Below, in pieces: positions 25,922 to 35,319 of a DNA stretch of 40,000 nucleotides (positions are counted from its first letter, which is position 1; each line of letters opens with the position of its first letter). A program made the position numbers and the translations under genes. The notes under the pieces are model-generated. The model was not told the DNA's origin. It made no database searches and saw nothing but the letters and a program-made list of their open reading frames with translations. Source of the stretch: Candidatus Bathyarchaeota archaeon. Its GTDB lineage: Archaea; Thermoproteota; Bathyarchaeia; Bathyarchaeales; Bathycorpusculaceae. The DNA lies in NCBI GenBank assembly GCA_963775895.1, contig CAVZKL010000011.1:67967-107966 (forward strand), written 5' to 3'.

Positions 25922-27205
25922 TCACCCTGTTTTGAAGATGGGAACGGTGGTCGTTCCGTGAGGCGAAACTAGTATCTTCGCTTTTTTACCCGTTTTTTTC
26001 AGGGACATTTCGAGTGCCTCATCCATAGTCTTGATCGCGCTCATCTTCATTTCCTCTACGGCGCCGGGGATTTTTGATCCGACGATTATAACGCTTGCTC
26101 TTTTCAGTATCTTGGCCATGATGTAGGGTCTATGTGCTCCGATCGTTGGTTCCTTCTTGCCCCTTTCCAAGATTTCGTCGAGGTTTCTCGCGTCCTTCAT
26201 CCATTCATAGAACGTTTTGCTGCCAACTCCATCTTCGCACGGAGCGGGAATTATTATCACGCCTCCCTTCTTGATCGCGGGTGTCGGACCACAAACGAAA
26301 TTGTTTGCAGCTCTTGTTGCTTGGTAGAGGTCTCTGTCCTTTGGATATCCCGCGCATGATACAACTATGTCCGGCAACTCCTGAATGGGAACTTTGACGC
26401 AGTCATCCATGGTCCTCACCAATTCTCCGTGGGCGCGAACCATGTCACCAGCAGCAGCTTTCGCTATTTCGCCTTTGCCATTCAAGATCACATTCACTAT
26501 AAAGCGGAGATCAGCTTTTCGAGCTGCCTCAACTATGTCCAAGTGCACTGGATTACGATCAACAAGGCATACTCCGACGTTGGGATTGTCAAGCAACTCA
26601 GGTCTATGCATCCCCTCAATAGTCTTTATTGCAGAGACGCCTGGCATCACGCTTTTTCCATTTCCAGCATAACCCGCGAAGATGTGGGTGTCCACCATCC
26701 CTGTAGAGATTAGCATATTCGTGTTGATGATCTCCTTGTTGACCGACAGTGGAATATCCAGATTGGGAGTTTTTCCGATGAACTTAAGATCCTCTTGATC
26801 GGTGCAGACGTGATTGATAATGGTCGTTTTCTCAAATACCTCTTCCCCAACCTTCTCCTTCAATTCCTGATCTGTCATTGGACGATGACTTCCATTCGCT
26901 ACGATCATGGTCACTTGATCCTTGCGAACGTTTGCCATGTCCAATTCCCGGAGAATCGCCGGTACAAGCCTGTCATCGGGACAGGGGCGAGAAATGTCTG
27001 TTACGATGATGGTTACCTTGTCATTCTGTTTCACAATCTTGGACAGGCGGTCGCTACCGATTGGATTGAGCAACGCATCCTCAATTTTGCCCTTCTTGCT
27101 GGGCAAACTTGCAATCTCTTTTGGCTCTATGATTCCGACTAATCTTTCGTCAGGTATTTCTGCTGTGACCTTTCCATTTTTCCCATAAGGAAGTTCAATT
27201 CGCAT
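25922..27205 (-). CDS. larA: LarA-like (DUF2088) nickel-pincer-cofactor-dependent 2-hydroxyacid racemase/epimerase family protein
   Basis: Start at ATG 27205 (MRIELPYGKNGKVTAEIPDERL). ANGSHRPMT and HIFAGYAGNGKSVMPG resemble LarA catalytic/cofactor motifs. Only 4 nt separate it from the sucC-like start. Confidence 0.7.
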   Translation of the reverse strand: MRIELPYGKNGKVTAEIPDERLVGIIEPKEIASLPSKKGKIEDALLNPIGSDRLSKIVKQNDKVTIIVTDISRPCPDDRLVPAILRELDMANVRKDQVTMIVANGSHRPMTDQELKEKVGEEVFEKTTIINHVCTDQEDLKFIGKTPNLDIPLSVNKEIINTNMLISTGMVDTHIFAGYAGNGKSVMPGVSAIKTIEGMHRPELLDNPNVGVCLVDRNPVHLDIVEAARKADLRFIVNVILNGKGEIAKAAAGDMVRAHGELVRTMDDCVKVPIQELPDIVVSCAGYPKDRDLYQATRAANNFVCGPTPAIKKGGVIIIPAPCEDGVGSKTFYEWMKDARNLDEILERGKKEPTIGAHRPYIMAKILKRASVIIVGSKIPGAVEEMKMSAIKTMDEALEMSLKKTGKKAKILVSPHGTTTVPIFKTG

Positions 27206-27219
27206 CGCTTGCACCTAAC

Positions 27220-28383
27220 CTATAACGCCTCAACAGTCTCCTTAACCCTAACAAGTGCCTCACTAATCTTTTCTAGTGATGTCGCGTATGAAAGTCTCAA
27301 AAAGCCCTCCCCGTTTTTTCCGAATTCTGAACCTGGAACCGTAACCACTCTGGCCTTGCTTATGAGAAGTTTTGCCAGGTCCATTGAAGACATTCGCAAC
27401 GATTCGACGTTGGGGAAGACATAAAATGCGCCTTTGGGCATGTGGCACTTGAAACCTGGTATCTCGTTCACTCGACTGACCATTTCCTGCCGGCGTTTGT
27501 CATATTCTCTAACCATCTTTTCAACTGAATCCTGTGGACCCGTTAATGCTGCCAGAGCGGCTTTTTGTGAGATAGAACAGGCGCAAACGTTCATGGAATG
27601 ATGAACTTTTGATATGCTTTTCATCATATCCTCACTAGCGACAATGTATCCAATTCGCCAACCTGTCATCGCGTACGCTTTAGAGAACCCGTTTATGGTT
27701 ATTGTCCTCTCTTTCATGCTTGGAAGGGAACCGACGCTGCAGTTTTCTGTTCCATCATAAGTCATCTTCTCATACAGTTCGTCGGAGACGACTATCAAAT
27801 CGTGATCTTTGGCTATTTCTGAGATTGTTCTGAGCGTGTTTTTGTCTAAAACGCTTCCAGTGGGGTTGTTTGGGGAAATAAGCACTAGCAACTTCGTTTT
27901 CTTTGTGATTCTTGCTTCCAAATCCTCAGGATCTATTATAAATTCTCTTTCTTGGCGAAGAGGGACCGTAACCATTCTCGCGCCAGCCAGTCGCAGGGCA
28001 ACCTCATAGGAGGGAAAGAAGGGATCTTGCACTATCACTTCGTCCCCTGGATCTATCAGAGTTTGGCAGACGGCAAAAAAGGCTGGTTGCGTCCCTGCTG
28101 TTATGAGTATCTCCTTTTCAGGATCCGCGTGAATTCCGTTTTCGGCCTCTAGTTTCCGGGCTATGGCTTCGCGAAGTTCAGGTATACCTTGGATTGAGGT
28201 ATAGTGCGTGAATCCTCCGTCTATCGCTTTTTTGGCTGCTTCCCTTATGTTTTCAGGAGTCGCAAAATCTGGTTCGCCTATATTGAGGAATATCACGTCA
28301 GTGAGTCCCTTCGCGTATTCCATTATTTTTCTTATGCCTGATAATGGAATAGAGGACACTCTTTCCGGTATTTTTGATGCCAT
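27220..28383 (-). CDS. Class I PLP aminotransferase (aspartate/aromatic type)
   Basis: 387 aa. SPNNPTG and the NGFSKAYAMTGWRIGY PLP-lysine motif. Confidence 0.85.
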   Translation of the reverse strand: MASKIPERVSSIPLSGIRKIMEYAKGLTDVIFLNIGEPDFATPENIREAAKKAIDGGFTHYTSIQGIPELREAIARKLEAENGIHADPEKEILITAGTQPAFFAVCQTLIDPGDEVIVQDPFFPSYEVALRLAGARMVTVPLRQEREFIIDPEDLEARITKKTKLLVLISPNNPTGSVLDKNTLRTISEIAKDHDLIVVSDELYEKMTYDGTENCSVGSLPSMKERTITINGFSKAYAMTGWRIGYIVASEDMMKSISKVHHSMNVCACSISQKAALAALTGPQDSVEKMVREYDKRRQEMVSRVNEIPGFKCHMPKGAFYVFPNVESLRMSSMDLAKLLISKARVVTVPGSEFGKNGEGFLRLSYATSLEKISEALVRVKETVEAL

Positions 28384-28428
28384 GCTCTAAATCCTCTTCA
28401 AATTCACTCTACCCTTGGTTGTGTATGG

Positions 28429-28858
28429 CTACATCACTTTCAGTATTCCATTTTCGGTGATTTTTCTGCCGTCTATCTCAATCGTTGGGTCTCGAATTAT
28501 CAGGTCTATGTGAAGAGGCGCCTGGATCTTGCCTCCGAGGGGCAGATTGCTTCCCACGCCGATATGAGCGGTTCCAAGGGCTCCCTCGTCTTCCAACAGT
28601 CTTCCAATGACCGTGGCCTTGGGGTTTAGTCCGAGCCCAACCTCGGCTATGTTGTACACGTTCGAATCTTTCGTGCTTTCAAGCATTTTCCTGAGCTTCT
28701 CAGCCTCCTCTCCTCCTTCAATTGAAGTGATGAATCCCTTTTTTATCACAACTTTGATCGGTTTTTTCACGATTCCTATTGCGCTCGCTGCCGCATCGAC
28801 CATCAAAATTCCGTCGGCAGTTCCTTCAAGCGGAGGCACATTGACCTCGACATCTGGG
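28429..28858 (-). CDS. M29/AmpS (aminopeptidase T)-like family protein, C-terminal segment of a frame-split gene
   Basis: The frame of ORF 28429..28887 reads PPDVEVNVPPLEGTADGILMVD...GALGTAHIGVG...HIDLIIRDPTIEIDG. Confidence 0.7.
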
Positions 28859-29399
28859 GGTGGCCGAAATCGCCAGGCTTGTGGCAAATTCCAGTTTCCA
28901 TGTTCGTTCTCCTTCCTTTGATGATCGCTGTGAGATTTGTTCCTGCTGGATTCGTAACTTTGATGGTGTCACCGTGGAAAACCTTTGAGACTCTTTCTGC
29001 CAGATCTTTCAAAACAGTGAAATCTGCCTCGATTCCGCCCTCTATGAGCATGTTCTCAGAATAGTCGGGCATTGTTATCATCCGAGCTCCAGTCTTCAGA
29101 GCTTCCACGGTCGCTTTGGTTCGGCTTATTGAGAAGGTTGTGGGGGAGAAGATTACATCTGCTGCTTTCATCGCGGCTGCCACCGTTCTTGGTGGTTCTT
29201 CACTGTGCAGTTTGCGTGGCGTCATGACAATAATTGCCGTCTCAGCTTCTTTGGAGTATGCGGCCGCAGCTAGGACCTCGGCTATGCTGAGCTTGTTCGT
29301 GTCAGCGACTATCAACACATTCTCGCCTTTTTGGACTCCGCCGCAGACCTCTACAAGCTTCATCGCACCTTTCATCATTCGAATTCTGTCAGATTCCAA
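28859..29399 (-). CDS. M29/AmpS-like family protein, N-terminal segment
   Basis: ORF 28803..29399 (MMKGAMKLVEVCGGVQKGENVLIVADTN...). One extra C in the run at 28856-28860 (G5 on the + strand) joins ...KPGDFGHP to PDVEVNVPP. Confidence 0.7.
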
Positions 29400-29417
29400 T
29401 AATCGTCACCAATCCGC

Positions 29418-29425
29418 TTTTATAT
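29418..29425 (-). promoter_or_regulatory. TATA-box-like element upstream of the M29-like gene/operon
   Basis: ATATAAAA on the minus strand, about 22 nt upstream of TTG 29399. Confidence 0.45.
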
Positions 29426-29693
29426 GGGCCATAATTTTAATTGCCCTCGGATATTTAAGACATCACCATTGATTTGTACTCATCGTCCATTGTCATTCGA
29501 TTTCAGGCAGATCTAGTCTTCTGATTCACAGAAAGCACGAGTCGAGCCATGGTTTTTTCCCTCGGCATAGGGCACTTTAGGAATCGAAGCTATACGAGAT
29601 TATCTAGAAGAAATTTGACTGATTCGCGCAGCATTCACCGTCTTTTTTCAACGGAAAGAAAGGTAGCTATTAAGAACCTTGTTTTGAGAAGGC

Positions 29694-29701
29694 TTTTATA
29701 A
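29694..29701 (+). promoter_or_regulatory. TATA-box-like element upstream of the transcarbamylase gene
   Basis: TTTTATAA centred about 28 nt upstream of GTG 29726. Confidence 0.5.
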
Positions 29702-29725
29702 CACATATCAAAAAATCAGTGCAGG

Positions 29726-30687
29726 GTGCGACCTTTGAAAAACGATTTGAAGGGAAGGAATCTTGTCTCAACAGATGATCTTTCCAGACAAGAGATGGAA
29801 ATAATCTTCAACTTAACAAGAGAGTTCAAATTGTCAAGAAGCATGGGCAAACATGAAAGGGTGCTCGAAGGGAAAACCTTGGGGCTTGTTTTCGAATGGG
29901 CGTCTACGAGGACAAGGTTGGGTTTCGAAGTTGCGATGGCCCAATTAGGTGGGTCCTCTATATACATGGCAACTGAAACTACGATGGCCTCCAAGGGGGA
30001 ACCAATGAAAGATACGAGCAGGGTTCTTAGCAGGCTCGTAGATGCTATTGCCATCCGTCCGTTCAAACATGAAACAGTCATTGAATTTGTCAAACATGCA
30101 GACGTTCCCGTGATAAATTGCAGCAGTTCCGTAGGGCATCCAACTCAGGGACTCGGTGAATTATACACGATCTTGGAAAAGAAGAGAAAGTTAGAAGGAC
30201 TCAAGTTGGCCTACGTTGGCATGACAAGAGGACTCTTCCACGAACTCTTGTTGGCATGCCCAAAAGTGGGAATGAATATAGCAGCTGCGTATCCTGATGT
30301 TGGAGGAGGCGCCTACACGCCGGACAAAGAAATCGTAAAGCGATCTCAAGAAATTGCGGAAGAGACAGGATCGGAAATAGTTTTGACTCATAACCTTCTG
30401 GAAGCGGTAAAGGATGCCGACGCGGTTTATGCATCCACCTTGCTGAGAAGCTCACTCACAGGGGAAAAGACCGCTGAAGAAGGGAAGATAAACGTAGCGG
30501 CGTACCAGGTTTCTTCAGAAGTGTTGAAATACGCCAAGAAAGACGCCATGTTGATGGCTCCGGGTCCAACGTACCGCAACGTCGAAGTAACTGAAGAAGC
30601 GTTCGAAGGGCAAAATCAGTGGTTTGGGATCAGGTTGAGAACGCGCTTCACGTCAAGAAAGCGATCCTAGCACTCTTGATCACTTAG
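29726..30687 (+). CDS. Aspartate/ornithine carbamoyltransferase superfamily protein with a non-canonical second-substrate site; 1-nt frame change near the 3' end
   Basis: STRTR and HPTQ are present. No SMG or HCLP/HPLP motif (LLRSSLTGEK and LMAPGP instead). Adding one A to the A4 run at 30612-30615 restores the family C-terminus VVWDQVENALHVKKAILALLIT (stop at 30685-30687). Confidence 0.8.
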
Positions 30688-30745
30688 CTCTTTCGTAGCG
30701 AGCGAGCACGCCATCACTGAGGATTTCAAAAAAACTATCAGTAGC

Positions 30746-31722
30746 TCACTGTTGAGTCTTAGAAAAATGCCCTCTTTCTCTGAGGATTTTCACAACTTCT
30801 CTGACAAATATCAGTTCCTCATTCGTAGGAATGACGTAGATTCGTACGCGCGAATTTGAACGACTTATGTCCATTTCCACTTCTCCGCCAATTGCCTGCA
30901 TATTCTTTTGGGGATCAATTTGGATACCTAGGAATTCGAGTCCTTCACATATCTTTCCACGATAAAGGGAAGAGTTTTCGCCGACTCCCGCAGTGAAGAC
31001 GACAGCGTCTATTCCTCCCATTGCCGCCGCATAAGCTCCTATGAACTTCTTCAATCTGTGGCATTCCACTTCAATGGCCAGTTTTGCTCTGTCATCTCCG
31101 TCTTCAGCCGCTTTAATCACATCACGTCTGTCGACGTATTTGCCTGTTATTCCCAAGAGTCCACTTTTCTTATTTAGGATGTCACTCATTTGGGTGTGCG
31201 TCAGATTTTCTTTTTCCATGATGTGCAATGCCACACCCACGTCTAGATCGCCAGAGCGAGTTCCCATCACAGCTCCTTCCAGCGGAGTGAACCCCATGCT
31301 GTGATCATAGGCTACGCCTTTCTTCACAGCGGTTACGCTGACACCATTCCCAATGTGAAGTGTGATGACGTTGATCTCCGATGGTGTTTTTCCAAGAAGT
31401 TCAGCAGCTCTCCTCGAGACGTAAGAGTGGGAACTGCCGTGGAAACCGTATTTTCGGACACCATACTTTTCGTACCATTGATACGGTACGGCGTAAGTGT
31501 AAGCGTGGGCAGGCATGGTTGAAAAGAAGGCTGTGTCAAAAATTGCCACCTGCGGTATATTTGGAACCAGATTCATTGCCGCTCTTATACCCTGAAGATT
31601 GGGTGGATTATGCAGAGGAGCAAGCGTGCTGCATTCTTCGATCGCTCTTATGACGTTATCATCAATAAGCACAGAATCTGTAAACTTTGCTCCTCCGTGA
31701 ACAACGCGATGACCTATTGCAT
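30746..31722 (-). CDS. ackA: Acetate/propionate kinase family protein, C-terminal segment of a frame-split gene
   Basis: APLHNPPNL, GFHGSSHSYV, GFTPLEGAVMGTRSGDLD, VFTAGVGENS, VIPTNEEL. The same frame upstream reads INAIGHRVVHGGAKFTDSVLID without a start codon. Confidence 0.9.
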
Positions 31723-31974
31723 TTATCTGGCGAGATTCTTTATCAAGTGGTCCTCTGAACCTATCAAAAGATCAAATATCGACTTGATTGCGATTTCATA
31801 AGTGGGACAGTTGACGTCGAAGGTTACTTCCTTATCATCTACTCGTCGCCTGATAAGAGAATCACCCATTCCTACCCGTTCTACGATTCCTTTGCACATC
31901 TCGACCTCATCGGGCACACTCCATAAAGAGTATTTTACGGATGAGCTGCCACAGTTTAAGGTCATTATTTTCAT
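31723..31974 (-). CDS. ackA: Acetate/propionate kinase family protein, N-terminal segment
   Basis: MKIMTLNCGSSSVKYSLW is the canonical AckA N-terminus. The frame ends at 31723, just before the GHRVVHGG motif, which continues in another frame. Confidence 0.9.
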   Translation of the reverse strand: MKIMTLNCGSSSVKYSLWSVPDEVEMCKGIVERVGMGDSLIRRRVDDKEVTFDVNCPTYEIAIKSIFDLLIGSEDHLIKNLAR

Positions 31975-32016
31975 TTCACATCACTCGACTTGGAAAACTA
32001 AGAATCATTTAGCGTG

Positions 32017-32718
32017 CTAGGCAATTCCCAGATAAGCCTTTCTAATGTACTCGTTCTGCGATAGATCTTTTCCTTCCAGTGCGATTTTGCCGTTTTCCAG
32101 CACGTATCCTCTTTCAGCTATTTTCAACGCTTGCAAAACGTTCTGCTCAACCAAGAGAATAGCGACTCCCTCATCGTGAAGTTTTCTCAGTATATCAAAA
32201 GTCTTGTCTATGATTATTGGCGCCAACCCCAAAGATGGCTCGTCCAACATTAGGAGCTTTGGTCCCGACATCAATGCCCGCGCTATTGATAGCATTTGCT
32301 GTTCCCCACCACTTAGAGTTCTCGCCAACTGATTCTTCCTCTCCTCTAGAACGGGGAACGTGTTGAAAACCCGTTTCAGGTTCTCATTCTTCTCCTTCCT
32401 GCATTTGGGAAGATAGGCCCCTACCAGAAGGTTTTCCATAACGTTCAAGTAAGGAAAGCTGGGTCTTCCTTCAGGCACCTGGGTTAAGCCTGACCCTACG
32501 ATCTGATGTGTCGGCAGTTTCTCTATTCTTTTCCCCAAAAACGTTATGGTTCCGGAGGTTGGTTTCAAAAGACCACTTATGGTGAGAAGCATCGTGCTCT
32601 TGCCGGCACCATTGGAACCGACGATAACTACAAGTTCACCCTCGTCCACGCTGATTGACACGTTGTGGAGGGCCTGAAGAACTCCATAGTGGACGTTTAA
32701 GCCGTCAAGCTCCAGCAT
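32017..32718 (-). CDS. livF: Branched-chain amino acid-type ABC transporter ATP-binding protein (LivF-like)
   Basis: 233 aa. Walker A GSNGAGKST, signature LSGGEQQ, Walker B LLMLDEPS. Confidence 0.9.
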   Translation of the reverse strand: MLELDGLNVHYGVLQALHNVSISVDEGELVVIVGSNGAGKSTMLLTISGLLKPTSGTITFLGKRIEKLPTHQIVGSGLTQVPEGRPSFPYLNVMENLLVGAYLPKCRKEKNENLKRVFNTFPVLEERKNQLARTLSGGEQQMLSIARALMSGPKLLMLDEPSLGLAPIIIDKTFDILRKLHDEGVAILLVEQNVLQALKIAERGYVLENGKIALEGKDLSQNEYIRKAYLGIA

Positions 32719-34388
32719 ATGCTCTCCCCATGTAGGCTTCGAGGACCTTCTTATCTTTGATTATCTCCGTTGGTTCTCCTTCAGCAATTTTCTCTCCATG
32801 GTCAAGCACGATGATTCGATCTGCCATGGTCATAACGAATTTCATCACATGTTCGACGATGCATATTGTGACACCTTTTTCATGGACTTCTCGCATCTTC
32901 TCGCACATCGTTTCTATCTCTACGGGGTTCAATCCAGCCGCGCACTCGTCTAGGAGCAATAGCTCTGGATCAGAAGCCAGAGATCTGGCCAATTCGAGTT
33001 TTCTTCTTTCTACCAGATTCAAGTTTCCAGCTGGTTGATTCTTCTTCTCCTCAAGACCTACAAAGTTCAAAAGTTCAATAGCTTTGTCCTTGACATCCTT
33101 AGGGTTTTCTCCCAACGATTTCAGCGCACCTGCGCGTTTGTCGCCTCGTGAAGATCCAAAAAATCCTGCAACAGTCACGTTCTCAAGGACTGTTAAGTTG
33201 CTGAACGGTCTGACAATCTGATGTGTTTTGCTGATCCCCTTTCTGCAGATATCATGCGGCTGGAAACCTGCAATGTTTTCTCCCTTGAAGTCTATTGTTC
33301 CGGAGTCAGGGCGATAGACTCCCGTAAGAAGATTGAAGAAGGTGGTTTTTCCTGCTCCGTTGGGTCCTATCAGGCCTAGAGACTGTCCTTTGTCGATGTG
33401 AAGATCTAGTTCCTTAACGGCTACTAGACCGCCGAAAGACTTGGTCAGCTTGCTAACTTCCAGCATCATTAGATTTCTCAACCTTTGATGGAGACGCTTC
33501 ATAAGTTTCAAGAGGAATCGCCTCAGTCTGCTTTCTGTTCCGAGAATGCCTGATGGTTCAAAAAGCATCACGAGTACTATTACGATACCATAGATTAGGA
33601 AGCGCGATTCTATTGGTACGTATCCCCTTAAAATCTCTGGAACAAGTGTCGGAACAAAAGCGCCCACAAGCGGTCCGATTGTGGTTCCCATCCCTCCGAG
33701 AACGACCATCGTGAACACCTCAACCGATCCTCCGAAATCAAAATAGGTTGGGTACGCAGATCTGAGGAAATAGGCGAAAAAACAGCCGCCCAGTCCGGCA
33801 TAGAGAGAGCCTAAGACAAAAGCCAAAACCTTGAGTCGAAGGGTGTTGATTCCAGAAGACTCCGCAGCAACGCCGTCTTCTCTCACTGCTCTTAAGCCCA
33901 GTCCCAACATTGACCTTGAGAATTTCAAATCAAAAAACAGCAAAACGATGGCGAACGCCAAAGTGAGAATTGAAAATGCGGCGGTGGAGGAAAAGGAGAA
34001 ACCCAAAATATCTGGAGCATGAACTCCCATAATTCCATACATTCTGCCAAAATAGGGAGCGAAAGTGAATATTGCTACCATGACAAAATTGAAACCGATA
34101 CTTCCCACGACGAGATAGGGTCCAGCCAATTTCCCTCTCATAAAGAGCAAGCCCACTCCGAGTCCAACCAGCATTGCCGTGAGGCCAGATAGAGGCAACG
34201 TCACCGCGAACGGGAGATTATACGATGAAGATAGAATTGCCGTAGTGTACGCTCCGACAGAGACCAAGCCCATGTATCCGAGCATTGGCAGTCCCCCCGT
34301 ACCCTAACATGACATTCTGACCCATCGCAAATATCCAATAGATTGCGAAGTAGGCGAGGAGAGTGGTTATATAAGCCAGTTCAATCAT
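32705..34388 (-). CDS. Fused LivM-like permease / LivG-like ATPase of an ABC amino acid importer, with a 1-nt frame change near the 5' end
   Basis: ORF 32705..34285 has permease TM segments followed by GPNGAGKTT...LLLLDECAAGL. ATG 34388 encodes MIELAYITTLLAYFAIYWIFAMGQNVMLGYGG. Removing one G from the run at 34292-34297 (C6 on the + strand) joins it to LPMLGYMGLVSVGAY. Confidence 0.85.
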
Positions 34389-34391
34389 TGC

Positions 34392-35297
34392 CTATCTTCC
34401 TTTTCCTAGAATTCCTCTAGGCCGTATTAATAGAATGACGATAAGAACGATGAAGGATACCAACGTCCGCGGAAATGTGAGTGGAATATAGGCAATCGCG
34501 AAAGTCTCTAGCAGTCCCATTAATAACCCTGCAATCATCGTTCCAGGTACACTGCCCAACCCGCCTACGATCTGCACGGCGAGCGCAATGTTGACAGGGT
34601 ATAATGCGATTCCGGGAGAAACATCATTGTAATACAAACTAAGCAAGCCGCCCGACAGGCCCCCCAGCAGTGAACCAATCAGAAGGGCTATCACGTTCAG
34701 CTTAAGTGGACTGATTCCACAGAGCTCGGCGAGCTTAGGATCTTGATCTAATGCTTTTAAACCTCTGCCTTCGTTCGTCTTGGACAGAAACAGCCACAGG
34801 AGGGACATTGAAACAAGCGCGACCGCCGCGCACACAAGCTGAATCACAAAGACGGAAATTCCAAAAATGGTTACACTTATCGAGTTTATTGGCACTGGAA
34901 ACGGAAACTCCTGATGTCTGACGCCAAACATGACCAATAGAGCCTCTTGGCTGGCAAGCAGAATGGCTACGCTGGAGATTAGAATGGCATCGTATTGACG
35001 TTTTTTCAGCAGAGGGAGGTACACGCCCATTCCCATGAGCGTGCCCAGACCGCCTGCGATCAGTGTTCCAAATGCTAAAGTGATTACGATGTTATTTCCA
35101 AAAAAAGGGAGTAGTAGGAGGCTGGAATACGCCCCTATGAGAAGCATCGTCCCGTGGGCTATGTGCAATATTCGAAGCACGCTGTAGATCAGAGTCATAC
35201 CAATGGCAAACGTTATGTAGAGACCGCCGACAGCCAGTCCATTAACGAGCTGTTGTACTATCCCTTGTAGTAGTCCGTCCATGACTGCTTGCAACAT
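34392..35297 (-). CDS. livH: Branched-chain amino acid-type ABC transporter permease (LivH-like)
   Basis: 301 aa, multi-TM, N-terminal GLLQGIVQQLVNGLAVGGLY pattern typical of LivH. Confidence 0.85.
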   Translation of the reverse strand: MLQAVMDGLLQGIVQQLVNGLAVGGLYITFAIGMTLIYSVLRILHIAHGTMLLIGAYSSLLLLPFFGNNIVITLAFGTLIAGGLGTLMGMGVYLPLLKKRQYDAILISSVAILLASQEALLVMFGVRHQEFPFPVPINSISVTIFGISVFVIQLVCAAVALVSMSLLWLFLSKTNEGRGLKALDQDPKLAELCGISPLKLNVIALLIGSLLGGLSGGLLSLYYNDVSPGIALYPVNIALAVQIVGGLGSVPGTMIAGLLMGLLETFAIAYIPLTFPRTLVSFIVLIVILLIRPRGILGKGR

Positions 35298-35319
35298 TGC
35301 CGTATCATGCCTTGTTTCA

